A DNA stretch of 64,000 nt, taken from contig CAIRNS010000028.1 in assembly GCA_903880015.1 (NCBI GenBank), forward strand, positions 66,462 to 130,461, read 5' to 3'. The position numbers were made by a program, and so were the translations under genes. Below the pieces are notes generated by a model. It saw only the letters and a program-made list of their open reading frames with translations. It was not told where the DNA came from and did no database searches. Shown here piece after piece: positions 38,957-48,357 of this stretch. This DNA comes from an uncultured Elusimicrobia bacterium. Lineage in GTDB: Bacteria; Elusimicrobiota; Endomicrobiia; Endomicrobiales; CAIRNS01. How positions within the stretch are numbered: the stretch's first letter is position 1; every line of letters begins with the position of its first letter.

Positions 38957-39205
38957 ATGAATAAGATACTAATGTTGCGCATAGTAAATCTTTTATTGCT
39001 GATAACCTTTGCGGTAATGGCGGCGACCGGCATATTTTTTAGCATGGAGATACGGGTTCCCTTTATGAAAACCCTGCTGGCAATCCATGAATTTTTCGGA
39101 TTGCTGATGGTTGGTTTGGTTATCGCCCATATCAGCTTAAACTGGGGCTGGATAAAAGCAAATTTTCTAAAAAAGCGTAACATCCCCGGTAAAACGACGC
39201 TGTAA
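38957..39205 (+). CDS. Small two/three-TM protein (DUF4405-like)
   Basis: GGGGAG RBS and conserved His residues in the TM helices (AIHEFFG, VIAHISLNWGW). Confidence 0.4.
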   Translation: MNKILMLRIVNLLLLITFAVMAATGIFFSMEIRVPFMKTLLAIHEFFGLLMVGLVIAHISLNWGWIKANFLKKRNIPGKTTL

Positions 39206-39463
39206 AGCGAAAACACAACAACGGGGTCAGTCATTGAACTGGGCGATAGATTTGACGGATGACGGCGAAGCCTGGACGGTTCACAGGGAAAATTAAGAGG
39301 TTTAATTCCCATTTCAAGGATTGATGCCATTGATTTTTAATTGTTGTTGTGTATGTTGGGGTTCCCCTGCAGGGATTCTTGAAAGATACACCATAAACCA
39401 TGTCGGGAAAATGCCAAAAAAGTGCTATAATATACTCTTCATTTAAGAAATGATGCCGTTGCT

Positions 39464-39553
39464 GGAGAGGTGTCCGAGTGGTTGAAGGAGCTGGTCTCGA
39501 AAACCAGTGTGCCCTTCCGGGTACCGTGGGTTCAAATCCCACCCTCTCCGCCA
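39464..39553 (+). tRNA. tRNA-Ser (anticodon CGA), CCA encoded
   Basis: Acceptor GGAGAGG/CCTCTCC, anticodon stem CTGGT/ACCAG with loop CTCGAAA, long variable arm, GGTTCAAATCC T-loop. Confidence 0.9.
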
Positions 39554-39562
39554 GAAATTCTT

Positions 39563-39967
39563 ATGAAAAAACTACTGTTCTTCCTTCTTGTCCTGGCCCT
39601 TTCTTCTTCCGTTGGTGAAACGGTTGATTTTAAAAGCGGGACTGTTGTGTTGTCCGGGGATACGCTGGCGCTTGCTGTTGATTTGAATAATCCGTTTGAC
39701 CCCACCATTAATCAATTAACGCGATTCGTATTTACTTCAAAAGGCAAAGACCGCACGGTACAATTGCGCGTTTTCACCGTTTCCGGTGAACTGGTGCAGG
39801 AATGGCCTGAGCAGACAGCATCGCAGGATGTTGTATATACGCAGGATTGGGACGGGAAAAATTTCGCCGGGGATATCGTTGCCCGCGGTATGTATCTGGT
39901 CAACCTCAAGGATTCCGCTGAGCCGCGGGGGGTAACGCGGCGGCTGGCGGTCATCAAACAACCATGA
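39563..39967 (+). CDS. Small secreted T9SS-CTD-like / FlgD-Ig-like protein
   Basis: Signal peptide, NNPFDP, LRVFTVSGELV, WDGKN..G, RGMYLVNL, RRLAVIK. The longer tracked ORF starts inside the tRNA and is rejected. Confidence 0.45.
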   Translation: MKKLLFFLLVLALSSSVGETVDFKSGTVVLSGDTLALAVDLNNPFDPTINQLTRFVFTSKGKDRTVQLRVFTVSGELVQEWPEQTASQDVVYTQDWDGKNFAGDIVARGMYLVNLKDSAEPRGVTRRLAVIKQP

Positions 39968-41946
39968 AATCCACGCTAACGGCAGTAATCATCGGTGTCC
40001 TTTTTTTTGCGGTACTGCCGGCCGGCGCAACCGGTACCGGGACAACTGCAGCCGATTTTTCCAAAATAGCCGTCGGTGCTCGTCCGGCTGGGATGGGCGA
40101 AGCGTTCGTGGCCGTTGCCGATGAATCAAGCGGCATGTTCTATAATCCCGCCGGGCTCGGATTTCTCGGGTCAGCTGAAATTCAGGCGATGCATTCACTG
40201 TGGTTGGGGGAACTCAGCTATTCTTATCTGGGATATTGTCAGCCGGTTAAAGCCAGTACATTCGGGTTGGGCGTGCAGTATCTCGGCGCTCCATCCACGC
40301 CGAAGATAGTCAATGGTACGAGTGTCGGTGATTTTAATTATTATGATGCGGCTGCCAATTTGCTGTATGCGTATCGCCTATCAGACCGGTTCGCTTTCGG
40401 GATGGTGGCGCGGGGCATTCAGAGTCAGATAGACGCTTCAGCGATGACGGCGTTTACGGGGGATTTCGGGTTGCTGTTTCGCACAAAAGCTGAAGGGTTT
40501 TCATTTGGGCTTGCCGGACAAAATCTTTCAGGTGATATGGGCGTGGACGCACTGCCAGTTACCTATCGCGCCGGCATGGCTTTCAAGACCAGCTTAACCG
40601 ATAATTTTTCCGATATTCTTCTTTCGATGGAGGCCGGGCAATCGGGCAGAGATCCGATGTACTATGCTGTCGGGCTGGAAGAATGGAGCGGGAAAATGAT
40701 TGGTCTGCGCGTTGGTTATAAATACATTGCTGATGAAAGAACCCGCACCGCTCTTGACTTGCTTGCTCCCTGGCGTGCGGGAGTAAGTTTTCGGTTCAGC
40801 ACATTGCAGTTGGATTACGCCTATCAGCCATTCTCGATGATGGGGGACGCCCATCGCCTCTCGCTTTCATGGCGACCCGGCGGATGGACGACGAAGTACA
40901 AGCAGGTGCCCATGGAATTAACCGTTTCCCCGCGGATATTCTCGCCGAACAATAAGGGAGCCACAGACAGCGTTTCTTTTGTCCCCGCAGTAAAGGTCAT
41001 CAAAAATATCAGGGAATGGGCATTGACGATCCGGGACAGGTCCAATACGCCGGTCAAAATATTTTCCGGCAAAGGACGCCTGCCGGCAATGCTGACATGG
41101 GAAGGGCAGACCACCGAGGGGAGTTATGTCGGCGAAGGGCAATATTATGCGCAGTTTAGTGTTGATGGCGACGGCCGCAAGCAGGCGGTTTCGGATGTTG
41201 TTGAAATCGTTGCTGACTTGACGCCGCCGGCAGTATCTCTGCAAGTGTCTAACGAAACGCTTTCGCCGGGCGGCGAGGGACTGCATGAGGGAACAACTTT
41301 TTATATTTCGGCGACCGACCTTAACGGTATCGATGCATGGGTTTTGCAAATTAACAATGCCCGCGGAAAGCCGGTCAAAATATTCAAATCATCTTCAGAT
41401 AAGCCGGCGGCAATTTACTGGGACGGTACGGACGATTACTACAACGCAGTCGTTCCCAACGCTGTGTATACGGCGCTGCTTTCGGCTACGGACAAAGCCG
41501 GTAATTATTCTACTGCACTGGTGATGTGTACCGTCTCCGTTGCGCCGATAGTCAAGGAAGTCGTCAAGGAAGTCAAAGTAACGGAAACGAAAAAGGGGTT
41601 GGTCATCAATCTGTCCAGCCAGGTATTATTTGATGCGGGTAAATCCGCATTGAAATCGGAAGGCAGCAAAGCACTCAATGAAGTCGTTGCTATCCTTCAG
41701 GCTTATCCCGACAATCAGGTGCTCATTGAAGGATACTCAGACGCAACCGGCAATCGCAAGAAGAATATCGAAATCTCCCAGGCCCGCGCCGATAATGTGA
41801 CCAATTATTTTGTCAAACAGGGCGTTGCATCGTCGCGTCTCACATCCCGCGGATTCGGCGCGGACCAGCCGATCGCCTCAAACGCCACCGCCGCGGGCCG
41901 CGCGCAGAATCGCCGTGTCGAGATAACCATCATCAAACAACCGTAA
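39964..41946 (+). CDS. Outer-membrane protein: PorV-like barrel, two FlgD-Ig-like domains and a C-terminal OmpA peptidoglycan-binding domain
   Basis: TAADFSKI..ARPAGMGEAF.ADESSGMFYNPAGLG; W(E/D)G.. Ig-like repeats; OmpA_C (LFDAGKSALK, GYSD.TG, N..LSQARA, NRRVEI). Confidence 0.75.
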   Translation: MKSTLTAVIIGVLFFAVLPAGATGTGTTAADFSKIAVGARPAGMGEAFVAVADESSGMFYNPAGLGFLGSAEIQAMHSLWLGELSYSYLGYCQPVKASTFGLGVQYLGAPSTPKIVNGTSVGDFNYYDAAANLLYAYRLSDRFAFGMVARGIQSQIDASAMTAFTGDFGLLFRTKAEGFSFGLAGQNLSGDMGVDALPVTYRAGMAFKTSLTDNFSDILLSMEAGQSGRDPMYYAVGLEEWSGKMIGLRVGYKYIADERTRTALDLLAPWRAGVSFRFSTLQLDYAYQPFSMMGDAHRLSLSWRPGGWTTKYKQVPMELTVSPRIFSPNNKGATDSVSFVPAVKVIKNIREWALTIRDRSNTPVKIFSGKGRLPAMLTWEGQTTEGSYVGEGQYYAQFSVDGDGRKQAVSDVVEIVADLTPPAVSLQVSNETLSPGGEGLHEGTTFYISATDLNGIDAWVLQINNARGKPVKIFKSSSDKPAAIYWDGTDDYYNAVVPNAVYTALLSATDKAGNYSTALVMCTVSVAPIVKEVVKEVKVTETKKGLVINLSSQVLFDAGKSALKSEGSKALNEVVAILQAYPDNQVLIEGYSDATGNRKKNIEISQARADNVTNYFVKQGVASSRLTSRGFGADQPIASNATAAGRAQNRRVEITIIKQP

Positions 41947-41968
41947 CCCACGCCCGTTTTCCTCCACA

Positions 41969-42610
41969 TTGAGAGGTTTTGTGAAGCATATTGTCCGCAT
42001 TATTCTTATATTCTTTCTTTTGGTTGCCGCATCATTGGCGGTCGTGGTTGTTGCGGTAAAGCTTTATTTTCCTCCTGCGAAAATTGTTCACTATATCCAA
42101 ACCGGCTCCCTTGGTTTCATTGGCCGCACAGTGAAAATAGGTCGTTTGTCATATGGATTTAAGGGAGTGGCTATTCGCGATTTTTCCATCTCAAACCCGT
42201 TGAATTTTTCTTCAGGAACATTTTTGTCCCTTGATTCACTTTTCATCGGTTATGCGTGGCACCCGCTCCGGCCGCTGATAAGCGGTCGTGCCGGCGGGGT
42301 TTCGTTTGAAACTGCGATTACCTGGGACTCCGGTGAGCAGGCACTGCAATTTCAATCGATGCGAATATTCACCGGTGACAAACTGCTCATAAGTTCCGGA
42401 ACAATCAGCAATATGAGTGATTTCAACCATTTGAGATACCGTTTTTCGATTGCCGGCGACCGGCAGGTTCTCGATCGCATGTTAGAGCTGTTCCCGGCGT
42501 TGTCCTCATTTCAGTACGGCGACACCGCCACAGTAAGCTTTGCCATCGAAGGGTCCCCCGAAGGTATAAAACTCACCCGAAAAGATTGGCCCAACCATCA
42601 ATCTCAGTAG
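41969..42610 (+). CDS. Membrane-anchored protein of unknown function (AsmA-N-like?)
   Basis: TTG/GTG start region, a single N-terminal TM segment and no catalytic motif. Confidence 0.35.
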   Translation: MRGFVKHIVRIILIFFLLVAASLAVVVVAVKLYFPPAKIVHYIQTGSLGFIGRTVKIGRLSYGFKGVAIRDFSISNPLNFSSGTFLSLDSLFIGYAWHPLRPLISGRAGGVSFETAITWDSGEQALQFQSMRIFTGDKLLISSGTISNMSDFNHLRYRFSIAGDRQVLDRMLELFPALSSFQYGDTATVSFAIEGSPEGIKLTRKDWPNHQSQ

Positions 42611-42647
42611 CCCTGTTGTGCCACCTCTCGTGGCGTTGATATATGTC

Positions 42648-42733
42648 GTTGTAGCTGCAGAGCTTGCTCTGCCGGTGTTGAAGTAGCATTCTGTGATACC
42701 AAAGGCGGCGAAGCAAGCTTCGCAGCTCCAAGG
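42648..42733. repeat. Palindromic intergenic element, family 2, copy B
   Basis: Its 5' and 3' ends match 14772-14853. The centre is divergent. Confidence 0.6.
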
Positions 42734-42821
42734 CATTCATCAATACCTTGCCAATTTGTTGGATTGCGGTGGAAAACAGAGATAAAAAATGGTACAATCA
42801 GCATTCGTCATTGGTTTACGG

Positions 42822-42912
<91 letters not shown>

Positions 42913-43141
42913 TTCATGGCGATACCGGTTAGCAGATTGATAAGTTGCAAGAAAAAATCTATAATAACGACTGTAATGCAGTGAGTGTTTTAGTCGGTCC
43001 GTGCAAAAGGAGGTGGGGCGTTCCTCAAGCCGTAGAGCACGGGGGTCACAAGAGTATTGCCTTGCATGGTGGTAAAGGTGCGGTGTGTAGTGGGAAAGTT
43101 CCTGAACCGACGGATGGTTCAAGGTGAAAGAGGATTGATCG

Positions 43142-43531
43142 ATGAACATTTATGTGGGTAATTTGGCACGAGAAGCAACCGAACAGGACCTGACAGATCT
43201 TTTTACGCCTTTTGGCGCGATAACTTCAACAGCGGTCATCAAAGACAAGTTCACCGGCGAATCACGCGGGTTCGGATTTGTTGAAATGGCTGCCAAAGAA
43301 GCCGGCACGGCAGCAATTGCCGCGCTTAACGGTAAAGACCTTAAAGGTCGTCCGTTGACGGTCAATGAAGCAAAGCCGAAAACCGAAGGTAGCGGCGGCG
43401 GCGGCGGATTTCGTAGCGGCGGCGGCAACAGAGGCGGCGGCGGTGGTGGCAGAGGCGGCAACCGCGGCGGTGGTAGTGGTGGTGGCGGCGGTCGCGGCGG
43501 CAATAGCGGCGGCGGTTGGGGTAAGTGGTAG
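43142..43531 (+). CDS. RRM-type RNA-binding protein with a Gly/Arg-rich tail
   Basis: RNP2 IYVGNL, RNP1 RGFGFVEM. The C-terminal 45 aa are (G)n/RGG encoded by GGN repeats. Confidence 0.9.
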   Translation: MNIYVGNLAREATEQDLTDLFTPFGAITSTAVIKDKFTGESRGFGFVEMAAKEAGTAAIAALNGKDLKGRPLTVNEAKPKTEGSGGGGGFRSGGGNRGGGGGGRGGNRGGGSGGGGGRGGNSGGGWGKW

Positions 43532-43626
43532 TCCTCAGCACTCTTAAAAGCAACAGATAAATATTTGGCAGTTGACGGTAACGGTCATCTTTGTTTGGTG
43601 GCCGGTAGTGCGATAACTGCCAAAAA

Positions 43627-43697
43627 GGGCCCATAGTATAATGGGAGTACGTATCGTTCGCAACGATATGGTGTGGGTTCGATTCCCACTGGGTCCA
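43627..43697 (+). tRNA. tRNA-Ala (anticodon CGC), no encoded CCA
   Basis: A G3:U70 pair in the acceptor stem, anticodon stem TATCG/CGATA with loop TTCGCAA, GGTTCGATTCC T-loop. Confidence 0.8.
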
Positions 43698-43790
43698 TTT
43701 TTTATTCGCGGTACAGATTTTTCGTCAACGGTTTGTAACCTCCCTGCTATCCCTGTGTGTTTTCTCGTTTAAAGGATTAAGGAGCTTTCA

Positions 43791-45470
43791 TTGTCATATG
43801 TCGTTTTAGCTCGCCGGTATCGGCCACAAACGCTTGATCAGCTTATCGGTCAGGAACACATTACGCGTACGCTTAACAACGCTATCCTTGAGAGCAGGGT
43901 GGCGCACGCCTATCTTTTCAGCGGCCCGCGCGGGTGCGGGAAAACAACCACCGCCCGTATTCTTGCCAAAGCGCTTAACTGCAAAACCCCCAAAAAACTC
44001 GCACCCTGCGGTACCTGCCCCAATTGCGTAGAAATCACCGGTGGCATGAGCATCGATGTTCAGGAAATCGACGGAGCTTCTAACCGCGGCATTGATGAAA
44101 TTCGCGCTCTGCGCGACAATGTCAAATTCGCTCCCGCCACTTCAAAATATAAAATTTACATTATCGACGAAGCGCACCAGATAACCGACCAGGCGTTTAA
44201 CGCGCTGTTAAAAACGCTGGAAGAACCGCCCGAACATGTTTTATTTATCCTGGCTACGACGGAACCGCAGAAAATTCCCGTAACGATTCTGTCGCGATGT
44301 CAGCGGTACCGGTTCCGGTTGCTGTCCACAAAAGAGATTCTTGGCGCGCTTGAGGCGATCGTTGACAAAGAGAGCGTTATCGTCGAGACGGCTGCCCTCA
44401 AAATAGTCACCAGCGCTTCCGGCGGCTCGATGCGCGACGCGCTTAGTTTGCTTGACCAGGCGATTTCCATCGGGACGGACAAAGTAACCGCTGTGGACAT
44501 CGAAAACCTTTTGGGAGTTCTGCCCCGCCGTATCCTGGCGTCCACCGCCGAGGCATTGGCACGGGAAGACCTTGCGGCTGTTTTGGCGATAGTCAAAGAT
44601 ATTTCCGGACAGGGCTATAACCTTATCCAGTTCGGCAGGGACTTGCGGGAACACTTGCGGCGGTTGTTGTTGTTTGTTATCAACCCCGATATGTTAGATG
44701 ATATGATTGATGAGGAAAAAGTAATTTTTGAACAGCAAAAACCCCTGTTTTCGCTGGCATGGCTGATGCGTTCCGGGCATATCCTTTCGCGGGCGATTGA
44801 CGAAATGCGCTGGAGCGACCAACCCCGCTTGGCGCTTGAAATGTATCTGCTGAAGCTGGCGCAGAAATATGTTAACGCTACCGATCTGGTGGCGCGTCTT
44901 GAAACGCTTGAAAAAAATGCCCCTTTGTCGCCCGTTATTGAGCACCCTTCTGTCACACCTCAATTTTCCGCGTCTGCTCCAACTGCGGAAGCGTCGGCAT
45001 CTCCGATAGTTGCGAGGCCTGTAGTTCCCGTTGATGTTTCATCGGGAGTCGCCGCATCGTCTCAGGCGCTCTGGGCCAGCGTCGTTCGCGAGATTCAGAA
45101 TGCCCGCCCCCTTATCGGACAAGTGTTGGCCGATTCATATTTTTCAGAGATTACCGGCGCGACGATGGTTATTGCTGTTTCCGGAAAATTTCAGGAAGAC
45201 GGCATTAACCGGTACAAAGAACTTATCGAAAGCGCTGTCGAAAAAATATTTCTCAAGAAATACGGCATCCGGACCGTGATTTCGGCTGCCCGTCCCGCCG
45301 CGGCAGGGGCACAGTATGAAGAAATTGTCGTTGCGCAGGAGATGAACGCACCGGAAAGCCCGGCGATATATACGGTAGAAGGTGATCTGGCGGATACCAC
45401 CAAAGAAATCCCTCCGGAAGTCAAAAATATTATGAGCAAATTCCCCGGCCGGATGACGAAAAAGAAATGA
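43791..45470 (+). CDS. dnaX: DNA polymerase III gamma/tau subunit
   Basis: TTG start after AAGGAG. YRPQT, GPRGCGKTT, a Zn module (CKTPKKLAPCGTCPNC), IDEAH and SRCQR. Confidence 0.9.
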   Translation: MSYVVLARRYRPQTLDQLIGQEHITRTLNNAILESRVAHAYLFSGPRGCGKTTTARILAKALNCKTPKKLAPCGTCPNCVEITGGMSIDVQEIDGASNRGIDEIRALRDNVKFAPATSKYKIYIIDEAHQITDQAFNALLKTLEEPPEHVLFILATTEPQKIPVTILSRCQRYRFRLLSTKEILGALEAIVDKESVIVETAALKIVTSASGGSMRDALSLLDQAISIGTDKVTAVDIENLLGVLPRRILASTAEALAREDLAAVLAIVKDISGQGYNLIQFGRDLREHLRRLLLFVINPDMLDDMIDEEKVIFEQQKPLFSLAWLMRSGHILSRAIDEMRWSDQPRLALEMYLLKLAQKYVNATDLVARLETLEKNAPLSPVIEHPSVTPQFSASAPTAEASASPIVARPVVPVDVSSGVAASSQALWASVVREIQNARPLIGQVLADSYFSEITGATMVIAVSGKFQEDGINRYKELIESAVEKIFLKKYGIRTVISAARPAAAGAQYEEIVVAQEMNAPESPAIYTVEGDLADTTKEIPPEVKNIMSKFPGRMTKKK

Positions 45471-46063
45471 ACCATCCTCAGCCGGTTGAACGCATGATAG
45501 AGTCCCTGCGCCGGTTGCCCGGTATCGGCCCTAAAATGGCGGAACGCCTTAGTTACCATATATTGAAGGCGCCCGCAGACGAAATTGTCCGCTTGATCGA
45601 TGCGATCCGAGCCGCCAAATCCCTCATTAAGCTGTGCAGTCGTTGTTATACATTCAGTGAATCGGATCCCTGCGATATTTGCGACGATGTCAGTCGCGAC
45701 CAGTCGGTGTTGTGCGTGGTGGAAACGCCGCAGGATCTTTTGGCGCTCAGCCAGGTGAAAAAGTATAACGGCTTGTATTTTGTCCTGGGCGGGGCGTTGT
45801 CACCCCTGGATGCGGTCGGGCCGTCTGATATCCGGGTTGAGAAGTTGATAAACCGTTTAAAAAAAGATACCATATCTGAAGTTATCTTGGGAACCGATAT
45901 GGATGCCAAGGGTGAAACAACCGCTCTGTATCTTTCAGAACAGATCAAACCGTTCAATATAAAAGTGACACGGCTCGGCTACGGTATGCCGGTCGGCGGG
46001 GATCTTGAATACGCCGATGAAATGACATTGGCAAAAGCATTGGAAGGCCGCCGCGAGATGTAA
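45467..46063 (+). CDS. recR: Recombination protein RecR
   Basis: LPGIGPK HhH motif, C4 zinc finger (CSRCYTFSESDPCDIC) and a Toprim domain. Confidence 0.95.
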   Translation: MNHPQPVERMIESLRRLPGIGPKMAERLSYHILKAPADEIVRLIDAIRAAKSLIKLCSRCYTFSESDPCDICDDVSRDQSVLCVVETPQDLLALSQVKKYNGLYFVLGGALSPLDAVGPSDIRVEKLINRLKKDTISEVILGTDMDAKGETTALYLSEQIKPFNIKVTRLGYGMPVGGDLEYADEMTLAKALEGRREM

Positions 46064-46125
46064 CCGGCTTTTCCTGCACACTACCTATACTTAAGCTGAC
46101 CATCTATCTGTAACAGACGATAATT

Positions 46126-46163
46126 GGCGTCAAGCGCACAATGGCTTGACGTTCTCTTTTTTT
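46126..46163 (+). terminator. Intrinsic terminator after recR
   Basis: CGTCAAGC / GCTTGACG stem followed by TTCTCTTTTTTT. Confidence 0.65.
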
Positions 46164-46189
46164 CAATAATTTACGAAAGGAGTACGAAC

Positions 46190-46759
46190 ATGATTGAAAT
46201 TCGATGGCATGGCCGGGGCGGTCAAGGAGCGAAAACAGCAGCGTTGCTGTTTGCCGAAGCTGCTCTGGCGACCGGAAAATATATTCAGGCTTTCCCGGAA
46301 TACGGCCCAGAACGGATGGGGGCGCCGGTGCAGTCGTTTAACCGCATCAGCGATGTTCCTATTACCCTGCATTGCGGATTGCATGAGCCGAGTTTCGTGG
46401 TCATTCTCGACCCAACGCTGATGGACTCAGTCCCGGTAACTGCCGGCCTCAAAAAAGATGGCAAGGTGATTGTTAATACCTCTTTCTCTGCGGCGACTAT
46501 CGCCACGCGCCTGGGCATTAACGCAAGCCAGGTATTTGTCGTCAACGCCAGTCAGATAGCCCAGGACACGATAGGGATGGATATCCCGAATACGCCGATG
46601 TTGGGCGCATTGGTCAAAGTAATCGGGACGCTCGATTTAAACGGCGTTCTGGAAGACACCAAGCACAAGCTGGAACAGAAATTCCGCCACAAACCGCAGG
46701 TCATCGAGGGCAACCTTGAGTCGATCAAACGGGCGTTCAATGAAGTAAAAAATGTTTAA
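46190..46759 (+). CDS. porG: Pyruvate/2-oxoacid:ferredoxin oxidoreductase gamma subunit
   Basis: IRWHGRGGQGAKTAA N-terminus. First gene of a gamma-delta-alpha-beta cluster. Confidence 0.85.
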   Translation: MIEIRWHGRGGQGAKTAALLFAEAALATGKYIQAFPEYGPERMGAPVQSFNRISDVPITLHCGLHEPSFVVILDPTLMDSVPVTAGLKKDGKVIVNTSFSAATIATRLGINASQVFVVNASQIAQDTIGMDIPNTPMLGALVKVIGTLDLNGVLEDTKHKLEQKFRHKPQVIEGNLESIKRAFNEVKNV

Positions 46760-46789
46760 TATACCGGTTGCATTTTTTGAGGAGGCGCA

Positions 46790-47086
46790 ATGAAAGCTGA
46801 AGAACACAAATTAACTGCTAAAGAATTGCCGGTAGGCGATATTCTCGAAGCAGGGACAGCCGTAGCATTTAAAACCGGCGCATGGCGCAGTATCCGGCCT
46901 GTCTGGAACGCGCAAAAATGCATTCAGTGCATGATTTGCTGGATTTCCTGCCCGGATACATCGATCATAGTCAAAGACGGAAAAGTGACCGGCATCAATT
47001 ATGACCACTGCAAGGGCTGCGGTATCTGCGCGGTCGAATGTCCCAAAAAGGTGTGCGCCATAACCATGGAAGCGGAAAAGAAATAA
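46790..47086 (+). CDS. porD: 2-oxoacid:ferredoxin oxidoreductase delta subunit (2x[4Fe-4S])
   Basis: CIQCMICWISCP and CKGCGICAVECP. Confidence 0.85.
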   Translation: MKAEEHKLTAKELPVGDILEAGTAVAFKTGAWRSIRPVWNAQKCIQCMICWISCPDTSIIVKDGKVTGINYDHCKGCGICAVECPKKVCAITMEAEKK

Positions 47087-47102
47087 TCAAGGAAGGGACG
47101 CT

Positions 47103-48311
47103 ATGATAAAAACAACCTATGCAAAAGGAAAAGTAGTCGCCAAAACCGGTAACGAGGTCATGGCGGAAGCCATGCGCCAGATCGCGCCGGATGTTGTGGC
47201 GGCCTATCCGATTACCCCGGCAACGGAAATCGTGCAAATATTCTCCCAGTTCGTCGCTGATGGATTGGTACCGACGGAGTTTGTGGCAGTCGAAAGCGAA
47301 CATTCGGCCATGTCCGCCTGTATCGGCGCATGCGCCGCGGGAGCCCGTACTATGACGGGGACCTCTTCGCAGGGCCTTGCCCTGATGTGGGAAATGCTGT
47401 ATATCGCCGCGGGTTTGCGCCTGCCGCTGGTGATGGCGGTCATTAACCGCGCGTTGTCAGCCCCGATTAACATTCACGGCGACCAGTCCGATACGATGGG
47501 CGCCCGCGATGCGGGTTGGATACAGATCTATTCTGAAAATTCCCAGGAAGCATACGACAATATGGTACAGTCGACGCGTATCGCAGAAAAACTGCAGTTA
47601 CCGACGATGATTACCACCGACGGATTCATCATCAGTCATTGCATGGAAGTAGTGGAAATACTCCCTGACGAAGATGTAAAAAAATTCGCCGGTGAATTTA
47701 AGCCGGAGCGGTATTTGTTGGACATCAAACGGCCGTATACGCTGGGTGCCATCGATTTGCAGGACTATTATTTCGAACACCGGTTTCAACTTGCCGATGC
47801 GATGAACAACGCTATCCCGGTTATTCTCGAGGTTGCGCAAGATTTTTATAAAACCTTCGGCCGCAAATACGACCTGTATGAAAAATACTGCATGGACGAC
47901 GCCGAAGTCGCCCTGGTTATCATCGGTTCGGCAGCCGGCACGGCGAAAGTTGTTGTTGACGACCTGCGCAGCAAAGGGGTAAAAGCGGGGCTTATTAAGA
48001 TTCGCGTGTTCCGTCCGTTCCCGGCGAAACAATTGGCTGCCGATTTGGCGAAGCTGAAAGTTGTTGCCGTTATGGACCGCGCCGATTCTTGTTCCGGCGC
48101 CGGCGCCCCGTTGTACACCGATGTTACGGCAGCGCTTTACAGCAATGCCAATGCGGGCCTTCCTTTACCGAAAGTCGTCGATTATGTCTACGGTCTCGGC
48201 GGCAGGGACATCGATCTCGATCACTTCCATGAGGTTTTTGCGCGGCTTGAAAAAATAAAAGCCGGCGGCCCGATAGGCCCCGTGGTTGAATATATCAATG
48301 TTCGCAAGTAG
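47103..48311 (+). CDS. porA: 2-oxoacid:ferredoxin oxidoreductase alpha subunit
   Basis: GNEVMAEA...AAYPITPATEI...ESEHSAMS pattern. Confidence 0.9.
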   Translation: MIKTTYAKGKVVAKTGNEVMAEAMRQIAPDVVAAYPITPATEIVQIFSQFVADGLVPTEFVAVESEHSAMSACIGACAAGARTMTGTSSQGLALMWEMLYIAAGLRLPLVMAVINRALSAPINIHGDQSDTMGARDAGWIQIYSENSQEAYDNMVQSTRIAEKLQLPTMITTDGFIISHCMEVVEILPDEDVKKFAGEFKPERYLLDIKRPYTLGAIDLQDYYFEHRFQLADAMNNAIPVILEVAQDFYKTFGRKYDLYEKYCMDDAEVALVIIGSAAGTAKVVVDDLRSKGVKAGLIKIRVFRPFPAKQLAADLAKLKVVAVMDRADSCSGAGAPLYTDVTAALYSNANAGLPLPKVVDYVYGLGGRDIDLDHFHEVFARLEKIKAGGPIGPVVEYINVRK

Positions 48312-48357
48312 TCATTTTTTTGCATAAACTTTTATACATTGTTAAAGGAGATTTTAT

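Noticed and set aside
39206-39463. A 258-nt intergenic region before tRNA-Ser, examined for an ncRNA (RNase P, SRP, 6S, tmRNA signatures).
   Set aside because: Only a 9-bp long-range complement (39213-39221 with 39344-39352) and a CCTGCAGG palindrome were found. No conserved ncRNA motifs were recognisable.
39470-39562. An N-terminal extension of the ORF running through tRNA-Ser(CGA). Similar ORFs are 42748-42984 and 39231-39542 over tRNA sequence.
   Set aside because: These ORFs overlap tRNA genes. A proper signal-peptide start with its own ATG exists at 39563.
43150-43503. A 117-aa proline-rich minus-strand ORF and other ORFs over 43362-43634.
   Set aside because: These are mirror translations of the GGN repeat that encodes the Gly-rich tail of the RRM protein.
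43791-45470. Programmed ribosomal frameshift site in dnaX (gamma/tau), as in E. coli.
   Set aside because: I saw no A-AAA-AAG slippery heptamer with a downstream hairpin in the appropriate central region. The only A-rich run is at the extreme 3' end.
45467-45470. Absence of ybaB/ebfC between dnaX and recR.
   Set aside because: The genes overlap directly (ATGA), so this is a simple gene-order variant. It is not evidence of deletion or novelty by itself.
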